Shown one piece after another: positions 48,835 through 60,630 of a DNA stretch of 64,000 bases. The notes beneath the pieces are model-generated. The model was not told the origin of the DNA and ran no database searches. It saw only the letters and a program-made list of their open reading frames with translations. Numbering within the stretch: position 1 is the first letter of the stretch; each line of letters starts with the position of its first letter. Source of the stretch: Neoconidiobolus thromboides FSU 785 (lineage: Eukaryota; Fungi; Entomophthoromycota). Where the stretch lies: positions 1 through 64,000 of the forward strand of contig MU626360.1 in the NCBI GenBank assembly GCA_025603075.1, given 5' to 3'. Made by a program: the position numbers and the translations under genes.

Positions 48835-49695
48835 TTAAAGAGTAATTTCATCAACAAGAAGTTTACTTGACCCTGAATTATTTCCTAATACCCATACTTT
48901 ACTTCCATCTTTTTCGCTAAACACGAGATGCTTGAGCTCAAAGAAGCTAGCATCAATGGTTTCCACTAAAATACCAAGCTTGGTATATAAAAATATTTTA
49001 TTTGAGCCTTCACCAATAACTAAAATCTTATCGTTTTTAATAGGTAAAATGGATACTACTTTTTGAACCTCTGGAACATTAGCAGTAATTGGTGCATAGA
49101 AACTTGCTTGATCATTGTACACAGAAAGTTCAAAAACATTCTTATCTTGGGCATAAAATAAGCTATCTTTTGCTTCATCCATAACGAAATGATTAAGATC
49201 TCCAAGATGGCTAAGTATTATTTTTGGTTTATCAGTACCGTCACAAGAAAATAAAATACCATCTTTAGTAGCTCCAAAGATAGCTCCACTTTTAGTCAAA
49301 GCTAAGCCTGCCACCTGTTGAGTTGATAATTCACTAAAATCACAATAAACTTCAGCACTATCGTATTGTCCAGCACCTTGTTTAGTAGCTTTATAAATTT
49401 TTCTATCATCCAAATTTGCAAAATAAAGATTATTCTCATCAAATAAGGTAGCAGTTGCTTTAAAGTTTCCTGAGCGGATAAATAAGGCTTCTTTATACCC
49501 ATTAATAATTCTAAAGTATCTACCTTTACCTTGAGATTCATTATGGAAAGAGGCATACACAGCTTTATGGGTTGGATCATAAGCAGGGGCATTTACAGAG
49601 GTATCTAGATTGGATAGCGATTCATTTAAATAATTCTTAATTTGCATACCAGTAACCAGCTGGCCAAGAACTAAGGTGAATAAAAAATATTTCAT
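48835..49695 (-). CDS. Secreted beta-propeller protein (probably 6 blades; NHL/SMP-30-like architecture)
   Basis: Signal peptide MKYFLFTLVLGQLVTG; roughly 40-aa repeats of four-strand blades (TLFDENNLYFANLDDRKIYK; GLALTKSGAIFGATKDGILF; FVMDEAKDSLFYAQDKNVFEL; ILPIKNDKILVIGEGSNKIFLY). Confidence 0.65.
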   Translation of the reverse strand: MKYFLFTLVLGQLVTGMQIKNYLNESLSNLDTSVNAPAYDPTHKAVYASFHNESQGKGRYFRIINGYKEALFIRSGNFKATATLFDENNLYFANLDDRKIYKATKQGAGQYDSAEVYCDFSELSTQQVAGLALTKSGAIFGATKDGILFSCDGTDKPKIILSHLGDLNHFVMDEAKDSLFYAQDKNVFELSVYNDQASFYAPITANVPEVQKVVSILPIKNDKILVIGEGSNKIFLYTKLGILVETIDASFFELKHLVFSEKDGSKVWVLGNNSGSSKLLVDEITL

Positions 49696-50620
49696 GATTA
49701 TTTTGAATATATGATCCTAATTTCTAATGAACTTCAATGTAACTTTTATATCTTTATATATTTTTGGTTCTTATAATATCTACTATTAATTAGAGTAATT
49801 CCATTTATTAAATGCAATTATATCACTGGTTATATATTCACTTATATTCATTATAGCATATATAATTAATTAAATGCGTGATATGATTGTTTAGTATTCT
49901 ATGTCATGTAACTTATTTATTGTTATACTATATTTCTGACGTGTTTTTCTTATAATTTAGATGTTTACAGTCCAATTCTTTTTTTGGTAAATAAAATACT
50001 CTTATTATTCTCGTGAGAAAAAAGACTATTACTTTAATAAAAAAATAATTTAGGTAAAAAAATACTAAAGACAAAAATAAATGAAAATAGTGAAAAATCA
50101 ATTTTGGCTCTACACAGACTCCTATTTAAGGCTCTAGACTTTGATAGTTATAATGCTAATATATTTGACAGTAAAATTATAAAATTGAATACTTTGGAAC
50201 TTCATAAGAAAAATATATACATATTATTAATAAATCCTTTTTAATGATAATAAATAAATACATTGACTCATTTAAAACCATATATTAATATGTAATTATT
50301 AATCATGAAATAATTCATATCTTTTCTGAATAAATCATCTTTTTGTTGAATGTAATGCCCTCCAATGCTTCACCACAATAAAAATATTAGAAGCTCAAAT
50401 TAGCTAATACAAAAGACAACAGTATATCAACAAGGTTTTTTTATTCAGATAGTTTTATTTGATTATCTACTGCTTTTAGGATAAATAACATAGATATAAG
50501 TAAATAAATTAAACTATATCCACAATTTTAGCTTTGAATATATTAAGAATACAGTAAGTTCTTTAAAATAAATTAAATTATCACATTCTATGACTATTTA
50601 CTATTTTTAAATTAATATAT

Positions 50621-50718
50621 AGGGGTGTTTTCTTGGCTTCATTACTTTCCCCATCTTTTAAATACCATTTGGACGGAAAATTTGTTAGTAAAATTCTTAA
50701 ACATAAAAATATATTCCC
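50621..50718 (+). mobile_element. MITE-like element copy 19
   Basis: AGGGGTGT...ATATTCCC, flanks ATAT/ATAT. Confidence 0.85.
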
Positions 50719-51287
50719 ATATTTTAGTAACTTGTAAGTCTCAAAAGAAAAGTCATATTTATTACAAATAAGAATAATTTTTGGATGTTTTCATGTTAAT
50801 AGATAATAATTTTGGATAATTAGTCTTTGATATTCATTAATTCAAATAATTATAAACAACTTGATTAAGTTATACTAAAGACAATATCAATAACTTTTAT
50901 ATCAAAAATATACTCCACAATACAAAATAGAATTGAAGCAAGCAATTTCTAATCAGGTTGATTTTTCCTTCTTTCTACTTAAAATTATGAATTTAAATCT
51001 ATGAATTATGTTTTATGAATTAATACTTTAATCCCTCTAAAATTATAAACGAAATATGCCTTCATTTCTACATAACCCTTTATGTATATTATATGATCTT
51101 TACTCATAACTCATAAATTTTATTACCTAAGATTTTGTGAAACATCTATTATATAATTGTATTAAATATTCTAGTTTCCCAATAACTTACAAATAGTTTA
51201 AAAGCTATTATGAAAGTCGATTTTACCGTCTGTTAAACTCAGTTCTCTTTATATAGTTTAAATATGAGTATTAAATATATAATTTAT

Positions 51288-52707
51288 TTAAAATAACACT
51301 AAAATAAAGTTATAATAAGTTAAATTTTCTTTAGATGGAACAATGGCAAATAACAATAGAGGGGTAATAAGCTCATATTTAATTATTATATACATATCCG
51401 TTAGTTTAAAATATTTATTTTCAGTGTTCTAATATTTAGGAATATGGATAAAAGAAGGAGAGATTTATTATCAAAGTATTACTAAAATGATTAATTTTAA
51501 TCTACTTTACAAATGTATATTTGATTGAGTCATATTTTTTAGTATAAAGATGAGTTTTGTTATAATTGCAGCTATTGTAGAATAAATAATAGTAAAAATA
51601 ATAGTCATGAAGATCACCAAATGTGTAATAATTTGGATATTTAATAATAATAAAATATTGAACTCGATAAGCTCATTTGTTAAGCTATTGACATGAATTT
51701 GCTTCATATTTGGTAATTTCAAAAAATTATAATATATTAATATTTTAAATCAAAAGATTCTAATCCTATAGCACAATATTTGTTTAAATTTAATATTATT
51801 ACATTTGCTTGTGGTGTCAAAAAATGCACTGATATTATCTAATAGTGTCACGCTTTTCAGTTGTTTTAAGTTTCCTGAATAACTAATATTAAAATTAAAG
51901 TGAAATTTTCTTATAATTTTTAACTCTATGTTGGAAACAAAATTTATTTTAGATTATTTTCAGTAAATAAATATATTCATGAGTACTTGATTGAACTATA
52001 ACACTTTTAACTCATTAAATTTCGTTTTAATAGCATCTAATCCACAAAGGCTCAAATATCTATTATTTGGGGATGTTTTTTTGATTTCATTACTTTTCCA
52101 TTTTTTAAGCGCTATCTAAGTAGAAAGATTGTTAGTAAAATTCTTAAACACAAAAATACATCCCTATTTGGATTTAATATAAGCAACTTTGACTTGCTTG
52201 AGTTTAAATCTTTAATAATACCCTTAATAGTCAAATTACTTTTGTTACCCCCGAATTCTTTAAACTGATTTAAATGGCTATTAAATAATTATTAAACAGT
52301 ATCAATAATTGTGTATAATTGAATAATAATAATCAACTTTCTTAATTCGGCCAGTTTAATTTCTAGCTTGATATTTTCTCCATTAAAAAATGTTTATATA
52401 TAATCAATCTGTGGAAATTATGTTTGAACAGTCATTTAAATATTCAATTGTTCTATCATTCTATCATTTAGGTTGTTATGCTTTGTTAGTGATCCATTTT
52501 CTCTAATAAGGTTATTTCGGTAGCTATTATATCTCTTATATTTATGTTGATAATAAATTGAATGAGCTAAGTTGAACTTAATAACTTTCCTTACAATTTT
52601 GAACAGATGCCTATTTAAGAAATACAAGTTAAATAAATTGATCAGGTCCACATATTTAAAAATCTCTTCTAATAGAATTTGAGATAGATACTCAGAGTCA
52701 AACTCAT
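51288..52707 (-). pseudogene. F-box family paralogue D, frameshifted and MITE-interrupted
   Basis: ATG AGT TTG ACT, then a 1-nt deletion, then YLSQILLEEIFKYV... (ORF 52436-52774). Later fragments LDAIKTKFNELKVL, LPNMKQIHVNSL, LSIFLNIRTLKI...ELITPLLLFAIVP. Confidence 0.8.
52069..52165 (+). mobile_element. MITE-like element copy 20, inserted in F-box paralogue D
   Basis: GGGGATGT...ACATCCCT, direct TSD ATTT/ATTT; excision restores the frame. Confidence 0.95.
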
Positions 52708-52818
52708 ATCGAAGTGAAATAAAGAATAAGCTCAATCTATCTTTTGCATTATTTAAATGACTAAAATAAGGCACAAAAATAATTTATACAAGTAATAGTA
52801 ATAAGTCTGTCAAGGAGA

Positions 52819-54031
52819 TTATTTGAGTTTAATTAAATTCAACATTGGGATTCTTTCAGCTTCATCATAATAAGCTAGATCCGCTTCATATGCTATAGGG
52901 GCAATAAGTAACAGAGGAGTAGTAAGACTATACTGAACTTTTATGTTTATACTTTCCAACTTAAAAGAGTCTCTAATTTTAAGAAGTCTAAGACATGGAA
53001 AAAGGGCCAAAAAACATAAAAGTGTATTAAATGAAAAGTTAAATTTATCAATTGAAATTTCTCCTATAGAATTGCACTTAATTGAATTATATTTTTTATT
53101 ATAAAGATCGTTTCCATTTAAATTAGTTTTGTTAAATATTTCCTTTACATTAAAACAAAGCTCATCAAAATAAATAGTTTGGATATTTGTTAATGGTGAA
53201 ATTAAATGTAATATGTTTTTTGAAAATTTATTGAAATAAATTTTTTTTAATGTTGGTAGCTTTGAAAAATTATAATGAATTATGTCGTTTGAGTTGAATT
53301 TTCCTAAAGAAACAATGTTGCCATTTTCAATTAAAGTTAAACTATCATCCTCATTGTCAATATCAGAATAAGAAGTATTACAATCAAATAATTTCATCTT
53401 TCTTAATTGCTTCAAATTATCTAAACATTTTATATAAAGATTATCTGATCCTCCTTTGATTGTTGATTCTATATTTGCACTAAGATTAATATAGGAATCA
53501 AATAGAGTAGGAATAAGAATTGTTTTTTTTGATTTTAGATGTAGAAATCTTAATTTCTTAAACTTTTTAATAATATCTAATCTATCAAGATGAAATATAC
53601 AATCAGAATACATTTCCAATACTTTTATTTTATATGAATCCAGGCCCTTGATATTGTCTTCAATAAGTGCAAGATTCCCATTAATTTCGGAAATTTAACG
53701 GTTAGTTTATTATAATGTTTATTGAATAATTGTGTATAAGCTATAGATACTATATTAGGACAAAAGTTTAAAAGTTCAATTGTATCATCATTTATATTTA
53801 TATGCTTTATCAATGCTCCATTTTCTATAGTAAATTTTTTTTGATAGTTGTAATATTTTCCATATTCATCATGATCATAAACCCAATGAATTAGATGAGA
53901 CTTGATGACTTTTCCAACAACTTTAAACAAGTACTTATTTAAGAAACATACGTTGAATAGATCAATTGGATCGAAGTATCTAAAAATGTCTTTAGTAAAA
54001 TCTCGGATAGATATTCAAAGGTTAAACTCAT
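52819..54031 (-). pseudogene. F-box family paralogue E, frameshifted
   Basis: ATG AGT TTA ACC TTT GAA TAT CTA TCC GAG ATT TTA CTA, then a 1-nt deletion. ORFs 53625-53930 and 52819-53619 carry the middle and C-terminal parts (LTTPLLLIAPI...ERIPMLNLIKLK*). Confidence 0.8.
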
Positions 54032-54156
54032 TTTGAAGTGGGATATAAAATAAAAGAGTTTGATTTATTTATCTTTTATACTTTTTGAATATCATACCAA
54101 TTAAATCATGTTTGTCTATAATGACTAAAACTTTGTGTAATAGACTACTAGTATGT

Positions 54157-54251
54157 GGAGATGTATTTTTGTGTTTAACAATTTTATCAACAGTTTTTCC
54201 GCTCAAATAGCACTTAAAAAATGGAAAAAGTAATGAAACCAAAACATCCCC
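54157..54251 (-). mobile_element. MITE-like element copy 21
   Basis: GGAGATGT...ACATCCCC, flanks ATGT/ATAT. Confidence 0.87.
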
Positions 54252-56088
54252 ATATAACAGACTGAAATTTATTCGATAGTACACTATCTTCATGAAAGCT
54301 AAGTACACATTAATAAAATAAAATATTATCAATTTTTAACGAAAGTTTGTGTCATTTTACATAAAAAAGTAGTAATTGACTTAAAAAGATTGATTTATTT
54401 TCAACCAAGAAATTTATCGATTTTTTGACTTTTATCTTTTAAAGCAAAATTATAAAATGAAACTTTAACTTCAAAAATCTAAAATGATGTCAAAAAGTTC
54501 TTTTAAGTGATATTAAAAGATTTGTTAGTTATTCTATATCCAAAGCTTGATGTTTATTTAAAATCTGAGGATTTTGAATTTTATACCACATTAAATTTTA
54601 AGCTTAAATTTTATATCCTTCAACTAAGCTTTAATAAATCAATAGTATTTTTGCAATTTTACACACATAAATTTAGGCCATTTTTTGAAGTCAGTTACTA
54701 CTTTTTTGTGTAAAATGACACAAACTTTTGTTAAAATTGATAACACTTTATTTTGTTAATGTGTGCTACATAGTTTTTATAGAAATGCGTGGCGTGAATC
54801 ATTTATAAAATAATGTAAACTGTAATTCTATAATGATCTGAATTTTAATCTATGAGAAGTGGAACTTCGCCCAATAATGATTGGAGTTTAGTTATAAGTA
54901 CTTAAATCATTTGTTGGGCTTAAATTTACTGTAAACAAAAATAACTTATTGATGCTAGAGCTATTTATATTTATCTATTAGTGATGATAGTCTTTAACTA
55001 ACGAAAAGCTTTATAAGGAATCCATCATCTAAACTATGCCCATGATAGTTGTATTCTATATAACCAACTTATAAATAGTCAAAACTTAATATGAAGTTCA
55101 TTATACTATATGATTTAAATTTACTTGGTCAACTATGAAAAAAGGCTCGATATCTTTAATTTAATCTTACATTTGATTATTTTATAACCAGGAATTAATA
55201 ATGTAAATTTCCTTTTGCTAATACTGTTCGAATATAAATGATATAAATTTTAAGAGTGAATAATGATTGACCATTTTTTAATAAAAGCAAACTATAGGTT
55301 TCACAAAGTGAAGGGCTATTTTTTCTAGTCTTTTCTAACAAGCTAAATGGTCTACAGTTGTATTTATATTAAAGGGTTTAAGGATTTGATTGAATTAGAT
55401 ATATACTTTTTAGTTTGAAATAAGTTCAAACTTACAAAATTAAGACTCTATTTTCTTAGCATCAACATCTAATTTACGATATTTAGATAATTTAACATGG
55501 AAAAAAGTTATACTTCAGATACAAATTAGTGCATGTCAGTAACCCAAAGCTAAAGAAGAATATCAAAGCTAGAAATATCATTTTTATTTTAATTAAAGCG
55601 CTTGAGTGATTAATTATTTAATAGTACTTTTGTTTTTTCAAAACAAAATAATATTTTTAAATGTGACTGCGATTTTGACTATAAAATTAAACTCTATTTT
55701 TATTCAAAAACTAGGATCATGATAATGTTCTATTAAGAATTTATAGAAAGAATATTGGTACTAATTTTATATTTATTATATATTTATTATATATGATAAT
55801 GAAAAACAATAAAGTATAAAGTAATAAAATTTTGTTGAAATTATTTTTTTGAGAAATGCTGACAAATAAATATTATTCAAACTCGGGAAAGCAGGTTTTA
55901 ATAAGCAACCAATAAAGAATGAGCGACATTGAAGTAAATGTATAAAAGCACGCCATATTTTTTCAAAATGAAGTAAAAAATCCTTTTTATTACACCATTG
56001 AAAGCAAAATGTATTTAAACAAAACAATGAACTATGAGTAAACAACAGTTAACATTTTTAATTTATTATTAACATTTATTTAAGTGAA

Positions 56089-57175
56089 ATGGGAAAAGAT
56101 CGTAGTGTTGGTGAATTATTGAATTTATTACAGATAAAGTTACCTATTATTGGTGCTCCAATGGCTGGAGTAAGTGGAGGTGAGTTAGCAGCAGGTGTAC
56201 AATTAGCAGGAGGTTTAGGTTTTATAGCCGTAGGCTACAATAATGAAAGTTTTTTAATTGAGCAATTAGAACATGCAGTACTCCAATTAGAGTTATCACA
56301 ACCAAGTTTACCAAACCCACAAAGAAGTTTACCTATTGGAATCGGATTTATTACATGGAAAATTCAAGAGAGTGTATTTGATTTAGCATTAAATGCGAAT
56401 CCAAAAGCACTTTGGTTTTCATTTGGGAATTATAATTCTTATTTATCTAAGGCGCGCCATTTTAATCCTAATATTAAAATTTTTATTCAGGTAGATAATG
56501 TACAAGAAGCTTTAATTGCTGCTAAAGATGGAGCTGATGTTATTATAGCACAAGGTTTAGAGGCCGGTGGTCATGGTCCTAAAGAAGGATTATCTACTTT
56601 TGTTTTGATTAGTAATATACTTAGAGAGTTTGAAAATATAAAAAATCCACCTTTAGTTATTGCTGCCGGAGGTATTGTTGACTGGCGTGGTTTATCTGGC
56701 GCTTTAGCTATAGGTGCTACTGGAGTAGTTTTAGGCACAGCTTTAACAGTGGCTAATGAAAGCTTATTAAATCCTAAAGCTAAAGATTTAATTGTTAAAG
56801 CTGACTCAGATAGCACTTTAAGTACTGGAGTCGTTGATCAATTACGCGGTATCGATTGGGATTTAAATAGATTTGGAGCAAGAGTATTAAAAAATCAAGT
56901 AACAACAGGAGAAATAAAAATCAACAAAAAGGATTATGAAAGTGCTAGAAAAGAAGGAAATTATAATATTTTGGTAATTAATTTTAATTTAGTTTTTTTT
57001 TGTATTTAGTTTTATTTAGGGTATATTTGCAGGTATGGGAGTAGGTTTAGTAAAGGAGCGCAAAAGTGCAAGGGAAATTATTGATAAAATAGTTAAAGAT
57101 TATTATTATTTACATTTACAACATCGTTCACGCCAACAATGGATCCCAGTTCCTTCTACTCACTCTAAATTATAA
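56089..57175 (+). CDS. Nitronate monooxygenase / 2-nitropropane dioxygenase family flavoprotein with C-terminal SKL
   Basis: PIIGAPMAGVSGGELA, GGLGFI, GIGFITW, IAQGLEAGGHG, VIAAGGIVDWRG, GATGVVLGT. Intron ends at 57019; last exon GIFAGMGVGLV...STHSKL*. Confidence 0.88.
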
Positions 57176-57210
57176 ATAAACTGTTTTTTTATGCAACTTA
57201 CTTATAACCT

Positions 57211-58212
57211 TTAGTTTATATTATCATCTTGTTTTAGCTCCTCATCTATAGGTATTATACTATTTATATTGTGTAATTCATTTTTTATTAAATTTAATTT
57301 ATTATATTGATTAATAAGCTGTTGTAAAGAAATCTTGGAGTCATCCATTATTTGATTTAAACTCATTTCTAACTCAATTTTCTTTTTTGTAACATGACTA
57401 TCTTTTTCAATAATTTGTTTGATTCCTTTTTCTTTTTTTAATTCCAATAATTCTTCCTTTAATGATATTGTTTCTTGTTCAATTGCATCATACTTTTCTT
57501 TAATTTCTACTTCTCTTTTTTCTGCTTGAATACAACGAATAGTAACATTCTTTAACTTGTCATTACTCTCTTTCTGTTTATTTTCAGCATCGTTGATCCT
57601 ATGATTTAATTCTGTTATGTGAAATTGAGCTTTTGATAATTCTGAGGATATAGTAGCAATTGTTTTTTTTTGTTGCTCAATTAAATTCTTATAATTCTCT
57701 AACTCAAGTTCCTTTTCTTGCTTAGGTGACAATGGTAATTTTTTTGATCTTGAATTTAAATTAAAAAGTCCCAATCCATTACCATTCCTTTCCATTTCTA
57801 AATCAGATGCTTCACTATCAATATCTTGAAAATAATTGAGCTCTAAACTGTTTTCCTTAGCTTCGTTGATTGCACTAAACCCTGATTGATAATTTGGCGA
57901 TAATTCGGACAAATAATGATTGAATGTCAGCGAACTGGACCTCGAATGTTGTCGGATACTAGGCAATTTCCTTTCATTACTTTTGTCATTCTTTAGACTT
58001 TGCGGGTTTAAATGAGACCTAGATCTTAGCTCATTAAAATTATTACTACTATTATCTAAAGGGCTGTTATTTAACTTTGGTGGAGTAGTAAAGAAAGGTG
58101 AGTTTATAGGATAATTTCTACTTTTTTCCTTCATTGTTTGATTCCATCTTTTGGTATTTGTCTCATAATTATCTGGTTGAAATTCTTTATTGTATCTTGG
58201 TAGTTGGTCCAT
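57211..58212 (-). CDS. Protein with low-complexity N-terminus and C-terminal coiled coil, unknown function
   Basis: 333-aa intronless ORF; S/N/P-rich first half, heptad E/K/L-rich second half. Confidence 0.7.
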   Translation of the reverse strand: MDQLPRYNKEFQPDNYETNTKRWNQTMKEKSRNYPINSPFFTTPPKLNNSPLDNSSNNFNELRSRSHLNPQSLKNDKSNERKLPSIRQHSRSSSLTFNHYLSELSPNYQSGFSAINEAKENSLELNYFQDIDSEASDLEMERNGNGLGLFNLNSRSKKLPLSPKQEKELELENYKNLIEQQKKTIATISSELSKAQFHITELNHRINDAENKQKESNDKLKNVTIRCIQAEKREVEIKEKYDAIEQETISLKEELLELKKEKGIKQIIEKDSHVTKKKIELEMSLNQIMDDSKISLQQLINQYNKLNLIKNELHNINSIIPIDEELKQDDNIN

Positions 58213-58303
58213 CTTTAAAAAAATAATTTCTTATTTCTCCACTTTTTAAATTTTTATTTGGATTATTGTTATACCTCACATGTGGATAACTAATGATATC
58301 ATT

Positions 58304-58350
58304 TTTGATTGGCCATACTGAGTTTAAATTGCCTCTTTAAGCCAATCAAA
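58304..58350. promoter_or_regulatory. Inverted pair of CCAAT boxes upstream of the 57211-58212 gene
   Basis: TTTGATTGGC (58304-58313) and its exact reverse complement GCCAATCAAA (58341-58350); CACATGTG at about 58277. Confidence 0.35.
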
Positions 58351-59215
58351 TAGAATTAATTTATAGTTTCAAGTCATTTACCACCATGATCGTTTTAATT
58401 TATTCTTTTATAATTAAATTAATTAAATTAATAGAAAACTTAAATATATTTAATGTTTTGAAACTTCTACATAAGAAAATACCGTAAAATATTATAGATA
58501 GCTTTGGGTTATTATTCTTTAAAAAATCCTATTGTATTTTAATTTTTTTTGGATATTGAATCAAACTCCTTTCTACTCTCTTTTATTTTCCTTATATAAA
58601 GTGAGTTCTAGACTTTTAATAAATGCATATTTTCGAAAATAATTTTTGCACTAAAGTCATAGTTTAGTCTTAGCCCTTTTGGTCTCATAGACGAGATATT
58701 TTGTCCAATTTAGTGTAGTTAGCAATAAATTCTATTTATAGCGAGTTTATTTTTTAAAATTTACTTGGTACTAAAGGGGTAAAATAACTGAGTTTAAAAA
58801 CTATAAAATAACAAAACAAATTATACTATAAAACGATAACTTGTAAATAGACTGATGGTATAAACTTCAATTTATGATAACTTAAATAGTATAGAAATCA
58901 GATTGTAAAAATAGACTGAGTATTTGTTAACTTACTACTGCTTTTATAAAGAAATATACAAAATATTTAATATAAGATGCACTTTAAACTGACAAATTTA
59001 AAATCAATGATAAATGATAACTAAATAATAACATTAATAAAGTACAGTTATATTCTTTGCTGATATTGTTCATTTGCTTATCAATACAACAGCATCATAG
59101 TTATTTTGATTTTTTCAAAACTTTAATTTTCCTTTTAACCAATAAAAACCGAACAATTTTAAGTCCATAATTGGTTTTCATTTTCAAACTTTATCTTTCT
59201 TATATTAAACAAGCT

Positions 59216-60411
59216 ATGGGATTAAGAAAAGCTAATACAACGTTCAAAGCCTTGAATCAAGTATTTAAAAGGAGCATAACCAATAATGCTAATGAAAAAC
59301 AAGCCGTCCTTGAAGAATTGGGTAAAAGTAAAGTGGCTGAAAGAAGTAACAGGATTACGATATCTACCACGGATTTAAGACCTAGTCCATTTAATATTAG
59401 TTTGGAAAGTAAACAAAGGAAAGCCGATTTATTGGGTTTGAGGAATTTTATTCCAGGAGATATAGAAAAGCCAAAGAAAGTTGAAAAGGCTGAGTTGAAA
59501 TTGGATGAGGCTAGTAATCAACTTGAAAGGAAGAAACTGTAAGTTTAAAAAAAAAAATTGAACTATAGTTTACTTAATCGTTTTTTAGTACTAGGAAAAT
59601 ACTAACTCCCTATTATCAAGATTTTCATGGTACTTTTTAATTTTACTTTTTAATTTTAAGATTTTATATTAATTTTCAGACATTCGTAATACCGATGGTA
59701 AGCTTTTCGAAGCAATAGAAAAAGAAGTAGCCGAAAAGGTAAGGTGTTTTGACTAAAAAGAACAAAAGCAATAACAGAAAACAAATCCAGGAATCCTTTT
59801 ATATGCCAAACATGGAGTTACAGCCTTTAAGTAATCAAAATGTACATAAAAAATCAAATTCAAAAGTGGAATTAATGGATATGTTGGATAAAAAAGTAAG
59901 CTTAGTTGCATTTTATTTATCTCAATATGGGGAAAATCAAGCTCAAACCTTCGTTCATCCTTTTTTAAACTTTTTAAAATCGGTACCAAAAGAAAATCAA
60001 AACGAACTACAGTTAATTGAAGTAAGTTTAATGTATAGCTGTTTAATTTAAGGTGTTTATTTATTATAGATTAATGTGTCTGAACAATGGATGAAGGGGC
60101 TTATATCACGCTTGTTTCAATCTAAAATACGTAATCAACTAAATGAAGAAAGACAAGTAAGTTTTTTAATAGTATACAATTATAATAGAGATTGATTGTT
60201 TATATCTTAATAGTTAAATTATTTATTTAAATATGGAAGTATTGAACAAGTAAGAGAAAAGTTGGGAATGGTGAATGGGTTAATCGGTTATGTATTTTTG
60301 ATCGATAAAAATTCAAAAATTCGTTGGTATGCGAATGGAAATGCCACTAGTAATGAGATTACTACTTTATTAAGTTTGGCTAAACATCTTACATTGAATC
60401 CAAGGGCCTAG
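59216..60411 (+). CDS. ATP10: Mitochondrial ATP synthase assembly factor Atp10 (spliced)
   Basis: Presequence-like N-terminus; GKLFEA; FYMPNMEL; QLIE|INVSEQWMKG; LGMVNGLIGYVFLIDKNSKIRWYANGNATSNE, the Atp10 C-terminal signature. Confidence 0.85.
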
Positions 60412-60630
60412 TACTGTTTATAAGCTCTTCATTCTATTCTTTAAATTTAAAAAATAATAATATTAGATGTTACATCATAGGTTTCATATTTTTAATGTTT
60501 TACTATTTAATTAATATTTATAATACAGTCATATTGACCTATACAAATTTTAAACAATATAAAAAGTGATTACTGTTTAAATAAAAAAAGTTAAATTTTA
60601 TTCGAATCTTAGTTACAAAGTGCTATTAAA

